Origin: a virus
Virus record (IMG/VR): IMGVR_UViG_3300037471_000902
Span: 32,001 to 96,000 of that record
Strand: one strand, 5' to 3'
DNA length: 64,000 nt
The stretch's first letter is position 1. The number at the start of each line of letters is the position of its first letter. The position numbers and the translations under genes were made by a program. Shown here in pieces: positions 17,802 to 28,665 of the stretch. The notes under the pieces are model-generated. The model was not told where the DNA came from. It did not search any database and saw nothing but the letters and a program-made list of their open reading frames with translations.

Positions 17802-20800
17802 ATGGCAACAATTAAGGACTTCTTCGTTAAACAAGGTGCACAGGCAACGACAACACTCGTTGCGGGTGCAGGTCAGGCAAACCAGCTCACACTCGCTGGT
17901 GGAGCATCCGGCTCTCCGGGCATTGTGAGCCTGACAGCGTCTGGCACTGATACTAACATCAACGTAAACGTAGTCACCAAGGGAACCGGCATATTCACTG
18001 TTAACGGTAACCCCATCACGGTGACTCCGGCTGGCACGAGTGGACAAGTCCAATACAATAACAGCGGATCATTCGGTGCTTATTCGATCACTGGTACTGC
18101 TGGTTCTGTTGTTATGTCCAACGCGCCGACAGTCGTAGGCGGATCATTCACAGCCCTAACGACTCTTACTGTTCGCAACGCCGGTACTGGTGCGTTCGAT
18201 ATGTCTGTCTCGCACAACGGAACCCTAACTGCGAACAGAACCCTAACAGTCAATCTTAACGACGCATCGCGAACTCTCTCCCTTGCAGGCGACTTAACAC
18301 TAGCAGGTGCGTTCACTACTTCCGGCGCAAACGCACTGACACTGACAACTACTGGTTCGACTAACGTCACGTTGCCTACTGCGGGTACACTTGCGACTCT
18401 GGCAGGAACAGAGACGTTCACCAACAAAACGCTGACCACACCGCAAATTAACGCGGCAACAGTCGGCGTAAATGCGGCGGTAACTGCAGGTACTAACGCA
18501 CAGGGTCAAGGTGCTCTCACTAGCGACATCAACGTCATCACGACGAACGCGTCGAACCCAGGTGGTGTGACTCTGCCTACCGCTACGGTAGGACGTTGGG
18601 TTTCAATTGTTAACAAGTCAGCTAACCCACTGAAGGTTTATCCAGCCTCTGGCGCCGCGATTGATGCCGGTGCAGCTAACGCTTCAATTGATCTTCCTGC
18701 TGGTGGTAAGCTAGAATTCCTTGCTAGCTCGACCACGCTGTGGCACTCGTCTGCGACAGGCGCCAAGGGCAACGGTATCCTGACTCTGGCAGGTAATTTG
18801 ACCACGTCAGGTGCGTTCGCTACCACCTTCACAATGACTGGTGCTACAAGCGTCACCTTCCCAACGTCTGGTACACTGATGACCACGACTGGTAACACGT
18901 CAGGTCAGGCAGGTTCTGTTGCAAACGCGGTCACGTTCAACAACGGTGGTGCAGGTGCTGCATCAGGCTCGACGTTCAACGGTTCGTCTGCAGTCACTGT
19001 ATCGTACAATACGATCGGTGCTCCATCAACAACAGGTACAAACGCGTCCGGTACATGGGGCATCTCGATCTCGGGAACCGCAACCAACGCGACAAACGTT
19101 GGTATTACTGACGACACAGCAACCAACGCTACGATGTATCCAGCGTGGGTTACTGCCAACACTGGTAACCTACCAGTAAAAACAACGTCGACAAAGCTGA
19201 CGTTCAACCCATCAACAGGTGTACTGTCCTCGACGTCGTTCACTGGTGCAGGTACCGGATTGACTGGTACTGCAGGCTCATTGAGTATTGGTGGTAACGC
19301 CGCCACGGCAACCAAGGTCAATAACGCTGTCACGTTCAACAACTCGAACTCTGGTGCCGCATCTGGAACAACATTTGATGGTTCCAGCGCGATCACCATT
19401 TCGACGAACACAATCGGCGCTGTTCCACTAGCCGGTGGAACAATGACTGGATCATTGACACTGAATGCAGACCCAACTCAAGCATTGCACGCTGCGACGA
19501 AGCAATATGTTGATGCAACTGCTAGTGGCTTGGATATCAAGGGTTCTGTTCGCGCTGCTACTACCGCGGCTCTGACTGTCACCTACTCTAACGGCGCAAG
19601 CGGCGTTGGTGCAACGCTTACCAACGCTGGTGCTCAAGCAGCTTTTGTTCTTGATGGTGTAACTCTTGCCACAAACGATCGTGTTCTCGTCAAGAACCAG
19701 GCATCTGCATTCCAGAACGGTATCTACACGGTCACTAACATTGGATCAGGCTCTACTAACTGGGTGCTGACTCGAGCTGTTGACGCTGATACAGCAACTG
19801 AAGTTACACCAGGTCTCTTCACATTCATTGAGGAAGGAACGACGCTAGGTGACACTGGCTGGATCTTGACATCCACTGGTGCAACGACTATCGGTACTAC
19901 CAACCTGCCATTCACCCAGTTCTCTTCAGCTGGTGTGGCTACCGCGGGTAACGGTATCGTTCAATCGGGTAACGTTTTCCACTTTGCGAAGTCTTCGAAC
20001 TATACTGTTGGCGATCTTTTCTACGCCAACTCTACGACGGGACTTACGACACTAACAGCTGTCGCGACAGGTAATGCAATTATTTCTGGTGGTGTTGGTG
20101 CTGCTCCATCATGGGGTAAGATTAACCTCGACACTTCTGGAACTGCACACGTAACTGGTACTCTGCAAGTTGGATCTGGTGGTTCTGGTGCTACGACACT
20201 AACTGGATACCTCAAGGGCAACGGTACTTCTGCCTTCACCGCATCGGCAACAATTCCTGGTGCTGACATTAACGGCAACATTTCTGGAAATGCAGCAAAC
20301 GTAACTGGCACTGTCGCGATTGCTAACGGTGGTACTGGCGTGACCTCGACTACTCAGTGGGGTATCGTATACGGTGCGTCAAGCACCACATATGGAACAA
20401 CTGCGGCTGGTACAGCTGGACAGGCGCTTGTTTCCAACGGATCTGCAGCACCAACATGGCAGACACTTGACATGTCGTATCTGCCAGATTCTGCATTAAA
20501 GAAATCTGTAAAGGCGGCAACCACAGCTAGCGTCACCCTCGCTGGTTCTGCACCCAACACGCTTGATGGTGTCACACTTGCAGCTAACGACCGCATTTTG
20601 GTTAAGAACCAGGCTACTGCTGCTCAGAACGGTATCTACATTGTTCAAACTCTGGGTACAGGCGCTAACGGTACTTGGGTTAGATCCGCAGATGCTGACG
20701 TTGCTAGTGAAATTGCAGGTGGTTTTGTAAACGTTGACCAGGGAACTGTCAACGGCGGACTGATGTTCAAGACGACGTTCAAGACGACTGACACGCTTGG

Positions 20801-21839
20801 CACCACCGGCATGACTTGGTACCAAGTCTACACGTCAAATGACTCCGCAACAGCTAACACTGCCAACGCTCTTGTTCTGCGTGATGGTTCTGGTAACTTC
20901 AGCGCTGGCACAATCACTGCTACGCTGTCTGGTAACGCAACATCAGCGACCACTGCAACTAACTCGACGAACGCGGCGATCACTGATGACACGTCAACCA
21001 ACGCGTCGATGTTCCTCGCATGGGTTACTACAGCGTCTGGCAACCAGGCAGTGAAGGTAAGCTCTACAAAGCTGACATTCAACCCATCAACTGGTGTGCT
21101 GACAGCGTCGGGTGGTTTCTCTGGAACGGCTACAAACGCAACGAACACTGCGATCACAGATGACACAGCGACTAACTCGACGATGTACCCTATGTTCGTC
21201 GCGGCAGCATCTGGTAACCAGCCAAACAAGGTAAGCTCCACAAAGCTAACCTATAACCCATCAACTGGAACATTGTCTGCAACCACGTTCAGTGGTGCGT
21301 TGAGTGGAACTGCGACGAACGCAACGAACATTGCGATCACCGATGATACCTCTACTAACGCCACGATGTACCCAGTGTGGGTTACTACAGCATCTGGTAA
21401 CCAGGCTGCTAAGGTGTCAAGCTCGAAGATGTCGTTCAACCCTTCAACGGGTACTGTAACAGCGTCTAACTTCAACACTGCTGGAACCACGACAACTGGT
21501 ACCACAGCGTATGGATCAAATGCGACAGTAACGACGGGTTCTGCATCTGTGACCACGACGTCAACTACAACTGTTGACACATGGCTTGCTACATCATATC
21601 GTTCTGCGCGCTATACAGTACAGATTGCTGATGGAACTAGCTATGAAACAGCTGATATGCTGATCATCCATGATGGTACAACAGCATACGTTACTGTCTT
21701 CGGTAACGTGTTCACGTCAGCATTCTCGTTGGGTAACTTTGACGCATCCATCGCGACTGGTACGCTTAGCGTCACCTATACCGCGACGGCAGCTACTTCC
21801 AAAACCGTGAAGTTTACTCGCCAGCTAATGACTGTCTAA
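17802..21839 (+). CDS. Long tail/whisker fibre protein (T/G/A/S/N-rich, repetitive)
   Basis: 1345 aa; two DGVTLA.NDR.LVKNQ...QNGIY domains, AATKQYVD, four ITDDT.TN..M repeats. Confidence 0.85.
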   Translation: MATIKDFFVKQGAQATTTLVAGAGQANQLTLAGGASGSPGIVSLTASGTDTNINVNVVTKGTGIFTVNGNPITVTPAGTSGQVQYNNSGSFGAYSITGTAGSVVMSNAPTVVGGSFTALTTLTVRNAGTGAFDMSVSHNGTLTANRTLTVNLNDASRTLSLAGDLTLAGAFTTSGANALTLTTTGSTNVTLPTAGTLATLAGTETFTNKTLTTPQINAATVGVNAAVTAGTNAQGQGALTSDINVITTNASNPGGVTLPTATVGRWVSIVNKSANPLKVYPASGAAIDAGAANASIDLPAGGKLEFLASSTTLWHSSATGAKGNGILTLAGNLTTSGAFATTFTMTGATSVTFPTSGTLMTTTGNTSGQAGSVANAVTFNNGGAGAASGSTFNGSSAVTVSYNTIGAPSTTGTNASGTWGISISGTATNATNVGITDDTATNATMYPAWVTANTGNLPVKTTSTKLTFNPSTGVLSSTSFTGAGTGLTGTAGSLSIGGNAATATKVNNAVTFNNSNSGAASGTTFDGSSAITISTNTIGAVPLAGGTMTGSLTLNADPTQALHAATKQYVDATASGLDIKGSVRAATTAALTVTYSNGASGVGATLTNAGAQAAFVLDGVTLATNDRVLVKNQASAFQNGIYTVTNIGSGSTNWVLTRAVDADTATEVTPGLFTFIEEGTTLGDTGWILTSTGATTIGTTNLPFTQFSSAGVATAGNGIVQSGNVFHFAKSSNYTVGDLFYANSTTGLTTLTAVATGNAIISGGVGAAPSWGKINLDTSGTAHVTGTLQVGSGGSGATTLTGYLKGNGTSAFTASATIPGADINGNISGNAANVTGTVAIANGGTGVTSTTQWGIVYGASSTTYGTTAAGTAGQALVSNGSAAPTWQTLDMSYLPDSALKKSVKAATTASVTLAGSAPNTLDGVTLAANDRILVKNQATAAQNGIYIVQTLGTGANGTWVRSADADVASEIAGGFVNVDQGTVNGGLMFKTTFKTTDTLGTTGMTWYQVYTSNDSATANTANALVLRDGSGNFSAGTITATLSGNATSATTATNSTNAAITDDTSTNASMFLAWVTTASGNQAVKVSSTKLTFNPSTGVLTASGGFSGTATNATNTAITDDTATNSTMYPMFVAAASGNQPNKVSSTKLTYNPSTGTLSATTFSGALSGTATNATNIAITDDTSTNATMYPVWVTTASGNQAAKVSSSKMSFNPSTGTVTASNFNTAGTTTTGTTAYGSNATVTTGSASVTTTSTTTVDTWLATSYRSARYTVQIADGTSYETADMLIIHDGTTAYVTVFGNVFTSAFSLGNFDASIATGTLSVTYTATAATSKTVKFTRQLMTV
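20950..21470 (+). repeat. Three tandem coding repeats of about 55 aa (ATN.TN.AITDDT.TN..M...SGNQ..KVSS.K...NPSTG); a fourth copy lies near 19080-19230
   Basis: Visible in the translation; boundaries approximate. Confidence 0.8.
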
Positions 21840-21858
21840 CGACAGTTTTAATCAGGTT

Positions 21859-21887
21859 AAGGGGGACACCATTTAGGTGTCCCCCTT
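21859..21887 (+). terminator. Strong hairpin after the fibre gene (terminator or processing site)
   Basis: aagggggacacc-attta-ggtgtccccctt, perfect 12 bp but with a weak U-tract; TAAATA follows at 21905-21910. Confidence 0.6.
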
Positions 21888-21934
21888 CCTCATGCGCCAG
21901 TGGATAAATAAAGCGTTGATCGCTAGGAAATTTA

Positions 21935-24900
21935 ATGGCAACGAAAAACTTCTTCACACGCGCACTAGGCGTAGATTTTGGTAACTGGACGCTAAATCTT
22001 GACGCGTCAGGAACACCATTCACTGCCAACAGGTTGCTGTCATTTGACACTGCAGATTCAGATAGAACTATTTCTCTCTCAGGCAACTTAAGCATTGCCA
22101 ACAACTTCACAACGTCAGGGAATTTTCCTCTAACACTCACAACCACTGGTAGCACTAACGTCACGTTTCCAACTAGTGGAACATTAGCAGTAACGGGCTC
22201 AAACACCTTTACTGGAAATCAGACAATTTCTGCAGCGGGAAGCACCTCATCAGCTCAATTGGTGTTCTCTGGCACAACGATGAACTGGGTAGATTTTGGA
22301 ATACTTGGTTCCGCGGCTCCAGCGTTCACTACACGAAGCGCAGGAACCAAGATTGTTCTGTCAAACACATTGTCTGGTAGTGCTGCAGATTTCGCGTTGG
22401 GTATGGAATCTGGTGCGATGTGGTTCTCTGCTGCCGGAACAGGTAACAGCTTCAAATGGTATGGCGGCACTACCACTGCCATGACATTGACTGGTGGTGG
22501 TAACCTAACGACAACTGGTTCTCTTACTGTTGGTTCAGGGATTACTAGCGCAAACAACTACTTAACGTTGGCAAACCCAGGTATCGGTTTTGGTAACGGT
22601 TTCTCATTCACAAGAGGCACTGACCAAGCGGGTATTAACGTAATTGAAACAGCGAGTGATACCACGCTGTATGAAATTTGGATGGGTGATAACCCTGATG
22701 GGACATCAGACGCAATCCAGTTCAGATGGACTGATTGGCAGGGCGCCAACAGTATGGTTGTTCCATTTTATATGGCCGACAAATCTGTTCGTGTTGTTGG
22801 TTCACTTGCGCACTGGGGCACCATTTCTCAGCAAGGCGCAAGCAATTTCTACACGACAGCCAACACCAGTGCTATTAATGGAGCAGATAAACTTCTCCAA
22901 TTCAACACGATCGGAAAACTACGAGTTGTAGGTTCAACTGTTGACATAAACGCATTTGACGTCACTGGCTACAGTGCAACGAGCGGTAACTCGTTTTGGA
23001 TCAAGCTAGATACCACGACCACGTTTGCGTGGGGGTATGGGTCAGTTTCAACTGGCACCGCGACTGCGACTGGCATTGCACTGTCAACATCACCACAAAC
23101 ATTAGCCAACGGGGTGTCTGTCGGATTTACAGCGACAACCGGAGCTGTTGGTGATGCTTGGCATTGCCGAATTTACAAGGGCACAACTAGCTCACCAAAT
23201 GCTCTAGGAAGCACCAATATTACTGGTGTTCTAAACGTCAGTCAGACAACCGCGAACGCAATAAATGCCAGCCTTGCTAGCATGGGCAGCACCGCTGACA
23301 CAAACTTCAAGTTAGTAGTTGCCAACGGTTCTGGTACAAACGGAACCGGACAAGAAGTAGCGAATCTTGGTGTTCGCTATAATAGTGGATCGCTACTGTC
23401 TGGATTCAGCTTTATTCGTGGCGCTTCTTCTACTAACTCGTATTTTGATTTTTACTCTGACGGCTCGGTGCGCGGCCGCCTTACTGGTGGTGGAAACTTA
23501 TTAATCGGTACGACTACTGACGATGGTATCAGCAAATTGCAAGTCAGTGGTCAGGTAATGACCACTGCTAGCGTTAACCTCTCGTCAGGCAGTACGAACG
23601 GGGCTGGTTCGGGCGGGGTAGTGTTGGGTCTTAAGTTTGCGCAGGCAAACCCAGGTACCGCGACGAACTACAAGATTGCAACCTTACCAGTATCAAATGC
23701 CGCAACATTTGAACATCTTGTTCTGGAAGGTGTCTTTGATTCTGGTTGGGGTTCAGCCAACAAGACAACATTCAAGATTCTTGTTAGCAACCGTAACGCG
23801 CTCATTGTGCAATACGAAAAGGGTGCTGCTCGCCAATCACATATTGACATGTACACTGAAGCGGATGGTTCAGTGTCAGTGTGGCTTGTCATGGATGCTA
23901 GCACGTACACTTCAGCCACCGTCAATATGCACGGAGTTGGGTCGTCGCCAGCTAACCATATCCAGCTGTACCACAATCCAAGCACAGGCACGCCAACCGG
24001 TACTCTTTCGTTCAGCACCGCGACAGCCTCTCCAATCTATCAAACTTCTAGCGGTGGACGCTTCATCATTGGTTCTGGTACAGATGATGGCGTGAACAAG
24101 CTTCAGGTTAACGGCCTTGCGAACTTCAGCACGGACGTAAACGTTAACGGCGACATCTACGTCATTGGTGGTGATGTCAGAATTAGAAACTCTGGCACAG
24201 GTGCTTTTAACTTTGTTGAGCGTCACAGCGGTACTATGACCGCTGATAGGTCTCTTAACTGGGACTTGGGTGATGTTTCTCGCAACATTACCCTCGGTGG
24301 AAACATCACCACAGCTGGTAGCTTCACAATCTCCGGTGCATTCGCCACAACCCTGACAGTTACTGGCGCAACAACCCTGACATTGCCTACCTCTGGTACA
24401 GTCATTGCGACGGCGAGCATGCAGGGCGGTCGCTCCTATTTGACGCATGATTTCTCTACGTACATTCAGCTGTACGAGACAAAGTTCATCAACCCGACAG
24501 GATCAACAAACCTCCCTACTGGCTACTCTGGTAACGGATACTTATTTGGTATGGGCGCAGGTGACGTCGCCTCTCGCGGTTTTGAACTGCTTGGTTCCAG
24601 CTCTAACCAGTTATGGTACCGCGAGCGTGGATCTGGAGCGTGGATTCGAGTAGCAGGCACTGACCCAACTCAATATGGCACAGGCCAAACAAGCTATGCT
24701 ACTGGCGACATGCTCTATGCGTCTGCCACGAACGCGCTCAGCAAGCGAGCAATTGGCACAACAGGTCAAGCGCTAACCGTTTCAGGTGGAGTACCTACAT
24801 GGTCGACTCTCGACATGAGTTACCTGCCTGACGCTGTCTTCAAGAAATCAGTAAAGGCAGCAACGACAAGTACGTTAACTATTACAGCTCGCGCGTCCAC

Positions 24901-26929
24901 GACGTTAACTGTAGGTGGAACAGCCTTAACACTTGACGGTGTTTCCCTTGCAAACACCGATCGCGTGCTTGTTAAAGACAACACAACTGGCGTCGCAGGT
25001 GCAGGAGCAGCTGATAATGGCATCTACTCAGTAAGTGGTATTGGTACTTCTGTTGTTTTAACGCGAGTTGTTGACGCTGACATTAGTTCTGAGATCGCAG
25101 GTGCGGTGGTTGGTGTTGATCAAGGCACTGTGAATGGTGGACAGCTGTTCACGACTACCTTCAAGACAACCGATACCCTTGGCACTACGTCAATGCTGTG
25201 GTATCAAAACTATACATCGCAACAGTCAGCCACGGCCAACACAGCGAACACCCTCGTATTGCGCGACGGTTCTGGAAACTTTTCTGCAGGTACAATTACA
25301 GCTACTTCCTTCTCTGGTAGCGGTGCATCACTAACTAGCCTTAACGCTTCTAACCTTAGTTCTGGAACAGTAGCAACTGCACGATTAGGTAGTGGATCCG
25401 CATACAACGCATCCTTCTTACGCGGTGATGGAACATGGGCGCGTCCAGGTAATTCGATCGTGGCATCTGCTGTCAATACCGCTGGCACAGATCAGAACAA
25501 ATGGGCGCGTCTAGCAGCACTGACAATTACAGCGCAATTTGGCGATGCTAATATTTCTCTTGACATAACTGGTTTAGGAACTGGGTCAGGAACATCGAGC
25601 TTTGGCAGAGTGTATGTACGCGTTAAACAACAGAACGCGATGGCTGGCGTTCCAGTTTATTCCCTATACTGTGATGGCTTAGTTGTTCTTGATCCAACCC
25701 GTCTGGCACTTGTTATTGTTCAGAATGATGCAAGTGCCACAGTCGCGGAACTATGGATCAAGGCACCACTGACTTTTGAAACCATCTACGCCTTTGAACG
25801 TTTTGGGTATGTAAGCAGTGGGTCTATCAATTATTACACTGGTTCAACATATCAGGCAGCTCTTCCAGCAGGGTCATTTATCACCGCTGATCCGATGCCG
25901 GGATGGATATTGAATAGCGGCACCGGCGATTTCGGAATCAACGTGTCTCACAATGGCACCTTGACAGCCAACCGTAATCTATCGTGGAACCTGAATGATG
26001 CTGATCGTACGGTTAATTTGTCAGGTAACTTAACGCTTGCGGGCAACCTCACGACGGCCGGTGCGAACTCCATTACTTTGACGACCACTGCTCCAACTAG
26101 TGTTACGCTGCCTACGACTGGAACACTTGCAACAGTTGCAGACACCCTTGCGTTAGTGGGTGGGTACCCTGTTTCTGCGTCAAACACTGATTTAAACAGC
26201 TATACCACAACTACGGCATTCTTGCGCGGAACAAACATGACAAACGCGCCAGACTTAGGATGGTGGCAAGTTCTAGTTCAGACACACGACTCGGGTACAT
26301 TGTGGGTAATGCAAACAGCCTGGGCTTATCAAGCTGGTACACCTGCTACGACTGCAACTACGATGTACAAGAGAGCTCGAGTGAACGGTGTCTGGACAGC
26401 GTGGAACAAGATTATTGACAGCAACTCACTGATCCTTGCTAATACGCTCACCACGTCTGGTAACTTCGCGGTCACTCTGACTTCAACAGGAACAACCAAC
26501 GTTACCTTGCCGACTACTGGTACTCTTGCAACGCTTGCAGGAACAGAGACGCTGACGAACAAAACAATGTCGACAGGAAGTACATGGAATGGTAATGCTG
26601 TTCCTGTCGCCAATGGAGGAACTGGCGCGACTACAGCTTTATCAGCTCGTGCTAATTTGGCCGCGGCGACCTATACTGCAGACACTGCGGCACCGTCAAA
26701 TCCAAATGACGGTGACAAATGGCTAAATACAACCACTGGCATTGAGTTCACCTACGTTGATGATGGTACATCAGCACAGTGGGTTGAATTAGGTGGAACA
26801 TTGGTCACGCAGAATGGTGCGCAGACGTACATAAGTGACACCCAACCAACAGATTCAGGACCATATTTCTGGATACAGACCGGAACAGGCTCAGATGGAA
26901 CAGGCGTAATGCTCTGGTTCAACGTGTAA
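21935..26929 (+). CDS. Long mosaic tail fibre protein
   Basis: 1664 aa; shares modules with 17802-21839 and 28666-32754; DDG..KLQV repeats; C-terminal APSNPNDGDKWLN...QWV module. Confidence 0.85.
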   Translation: MATKNFFTRALGVDFGNWTLNLDASGTPFTANRLLSFDTADSDRTISLSGNLSIANNFTTSGNFPLTLTTTGSTNVTFPTSGTLAVTGSNTFTGNQTISAAGSTSSAQLVFSGTTMNWVDFGILGSAAPAFTTRSAGTKIVLSNTLSGSAADFALGMESGAMWFSAAGTGNSFKWYGGTTTAMTLTGGGNLTTTGSLTVGSGITSANNYLTLANPGIGFGNGFSFTRGTDQAGINVIETASDTTLYEIWMGDNPDGTSDAIQFRWTDWQGANSMVVPFYMADKSVRVVGSLAHWGTISQQGASNFYTTANTSAINGADKLLQFNTIGKLRVVGSTVDINAFDVTGYSATSGNSFWIKLDTTTTFAWGYGSVSTGTATATGIALSTSPQTLANGVSVGFTATTGAVGDAWHCRIYKGTTSSPNALGSTNITGVLNVSQTTANAINASLASMGSTADTNFKLVVANGSGTNGTGQEVANLGVRYNSGSLLSGFSFIRGASSTNSYFDFYSDGSVRGRLTGGGNLLIGTTTDDGISKLQVSGQVMTTASVNLSSGSTNGAGSGGVVLGLKFAQANPGTATNYKIATLPVSNAATFEHLVLEGVFDSGWGSANKTTFKILVSNRNALIVQYEKGAARQSHIDMYTEADGSVSVWLVMDASTYTSATVNMHGVGSSPANHIQLYHNPSTGTPTGTLSFSTATASPIYQTSSGGRFIIGSGTDDGVNKLQVNGLANFSTDVNVNGDIYVIGGDVRIRNSGTGAFNFVERHSGTMTADRSLNWDLGDVSRNITLGGNITTAGSFTISGAFATTLTVTGATTLTLPTSGTVIATASMQGGRSYLTHDFSTYIQLYETKFINPTGSTNLPTGYSGNGYLFGMGAGDVASRGFELLGSSSNQLWYRERGSGAWIRVAGTDPTQYGTGQTSYATGDMLYASATNALSKRAIGTTGQALTVSGGVPTWSTLDMSYLPDAVFKKSVKAATTSTLTITARASTTLTVGGTALTLDGVSLANTDRVLVKDNTTGVAGAGAADNGIYSVSGIGTSVVLTRVVDADISSEIAGAVVGVDQGTVNGGQLFTTTFKTTDTLGTTSMLWYQNYTSQQSATANTANTLVLRDGSGNFSAGTITATSFSGSGASLTSLNASNLSSGTVATARLGSGSAYNASFLRGDGTWARPGNSIVASAVNTAGTDQNKWARLAALTITAQFGDANISLDITGLGTGSGTSSFGRVYVRVKQQNAMAGVPVYSLYCDGLVVLDPTRLALVIVQNDASATVAELWIKAPLTFETIYAFERFGYVSSGSINYYTGSTYQAALPAGSFITADPMPGWILNSGTGDFGINVSHNGTLTANRNLSWNLNDADRTVNLSGNLTLAGNLTTAGANSITLTTTAPTSVTLPTTGTLATVADTLALVGGYPVSASNTDLNSYTTTTAFLRGTNMTNAPDLGWWQVLVQTHDSGTLWVMQTAWAYQAGTPATTATTMYKRARVNGVWTAWNKIIDSNSLILANTLTTSGNFAVTLTSTGTTNVTLPTTGTLATLAGTETLTNKTMSTGSTWNGNAVPVANGGTGATTALSARANLAAATYTADTAAPSNPNDGDKWLNTTTGIEFTYVDDGTSAQWVELGGTLVTQNGAQTYISDTQPTDSGPYFWIQTGTGSDGTGVMLWFNV

Positions 26930-26942
26930 ATAAGGAATAGAA

Positions 26943-27239
26943 ATGGCATTGCAAAACCTATTAGGCGATATAGCACTTGACTCGAATCTTCAGAAGATCG
27001 CAGAATATCTTGAAGTGATTGCTTCAACAATTGGTAGAACTTACCCGGATTCAAACGGTCGTCTTCAGGTTAACGTTGCAGCAGGCACTCTTCCCACCGT
27101 GACAACTGTCACCACCGTAAGCACCGTAAGCACCGTTACTAACGCCACTCAGCAAAGTGGATATAGCACTGCATACGATCAGTATTGCCAAATGATGACT
27201 AACGCATCATATATCAGAAGCAGAATCACCACAAGTTAA
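26943..27239 (+). CDS. Small fibre-associated protein
   Basis: 98 aa with TVTTVTTVSTVSTVT repeats; TAAATA and AAGGA upstream. Confidence 0.65.
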   Translation: MALQNLLGDIALDSNLQKIAEYLEVIASTIGRTYPDSNGRLQVNVAAGTLPTVTTVTTVSTVSTVTNATQQSGYSTAYDQYCQMMTNASYIRSRITTS

Positions 27240-27246
27240 ATAGAAA

Positions 27247-28662
27247 ATGACGACTACAGTTAACCTTAAGAGACTACTTGATCGCAAACAGTGGGAAATG
27301 TGCAGCTTCGCACCGGTGACAACTGGTGCGGGCATGTTCGTGGCATCAAGTGGACTGTTTGATCAATACCAATATTTGGTTGCATCAAACACCACCGCAT
27401 ATGTGTATGATCCATTTGAAGATGGATGGACAACATTGCCTTCTCCTGCATTAGCTGGTACTTTTGGTGCGGGGACTGCTGGAACAAGGCATCCCGCAGG
27501 ACCACGGGGATTCCCAACTGCTGGAACGACGACCACCATCACAACGTCGCTTAACCTGCAACGTCAACTTTCTGGATATGTGATTCGTATCATTGCCGGT
27601 CCCAATGCTGGAAGTGAATACACGATTTTGAGGAACACGACAGGTTCAAACTCAATCATTACGATCACTGGAACGGCAGCTCAAGCCTTTACTACCGCGA
27701 GTGAATTCATTCTGGTGACTGGTCGCTTATGGGTTGTTAACGGTGGTACTCTTGCATCTGGTTCTTTCAAGTACTACGATTTAGCTACCAACACGTGGAA
27801 CAACGCGACACAGACTGGTCTTCCAGCCACAATCGGCACTGATAGTAGATTGGTTGCAACTCCCGGGTATCTACTAAACAACTTTGTCACGGCGACAGCG
27901 ACTGTCTTTTCTACCACTACTATTGGAACTGGCTCGGCTACATGGGCGACAAACATGTGGACTAACTATCAAGTTCGCATCACGAGTGGAACTGGTGCTG
28001 GACAATTTAGATCAATTGCATCTAATACTGCAACAACTCTAACAGTTTCATCAGCGTGGACAACTACCCCAGATGGAACATCTCAGTACGTTATTGAGGG
28101 AAATGATGACTACATCTATTACCTAGGTAACAACGCGGTGACGATGTACCGCTATAGCATCTCGGGTAACACGTGGTCGACACTATCGCCTGTTGCTGCC
28201 CGTACTGGTGCACCTGTCGCCGGTATGAGTGCGCATTGGGTTTATAACGTCAGCGATTCTTCTTGGAGTGATCTAACTGGCGCGACTAACTTCTTGAATG
28301 GCCGCTACATCTACTCGTTTAGAGGCGGCGCGGCAACACTAGATCGCTATGACATCGCGGCAAACACGTGGGAAAGTGACGTTGCATACGCACCCAAGGG
28401 CGAAACACTAAGTTCTGGCTCAAGCTATGCATACGCAGATGACTACATCTACGTAAACCTAACTAATACCGGACGTGTTGTCAAGTATAACGTCGCAAAG
28501 CAATTGCTTGAACCTTTTACCCAACTCTTCTACGCACAGAGCACCACAGCGCTTGGTGATCGCTTCTTTGATGTGGTTTATACTGATGGAGCGACAAAGC
28601 TTCGCTGGCTTTACTTCATCACGCACACTCAAACTGCGATGTTCAGAATTTTGGTATTTTAA
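27247..28662 (+). CDS. Kelch-like beta-propeller virion protein
   Basis: Repeated YDP...W, YYDLATNTW, RYSISGNTW, RYDIAANTW blades. Confidence 0.7.
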   Translation: MTTTVNLKRLLDRKQWEMCSFAPVTTGAGMFVASSGLFDQYQYLVASNTTAYVYDPFEDGWTTLPSPALAGTFGAGTAGTRHPAGPRGFPTAGTTTTITTSLNLQRQLSGYVIRIIAGPNAGSEYTILRNTTGSNSIITITGTAAQAFTTASEFILVTGRLWVVNGGTLASGSFKYYDLATNTWNNATQTGLPATIGTDSRLVATPGYLLNNFVTATATVFSTTTIGTGSATWATNMWTNYQVRITSGTGAGQFRSIASNTATTLTVSSAWTTTPDGTSQYVIEGNDDYIYYLGNNAVTMYRYSISGNTWSTLSPVAARTGAPVAGMSAHWVYNVSDSSWSDLTGATNFLNGRYIYSFRGGAATLDRYDIAANTWESDVAYAPKGETLSSGSSYAYADDYIYVNLTNTGRVVKYNVAKQLLEPFTQLFYAQSTTALGDRFFDVVYTDGATKLRWLYFITHTQTAMFRILVF

Positions 28663-28665
28663 TCT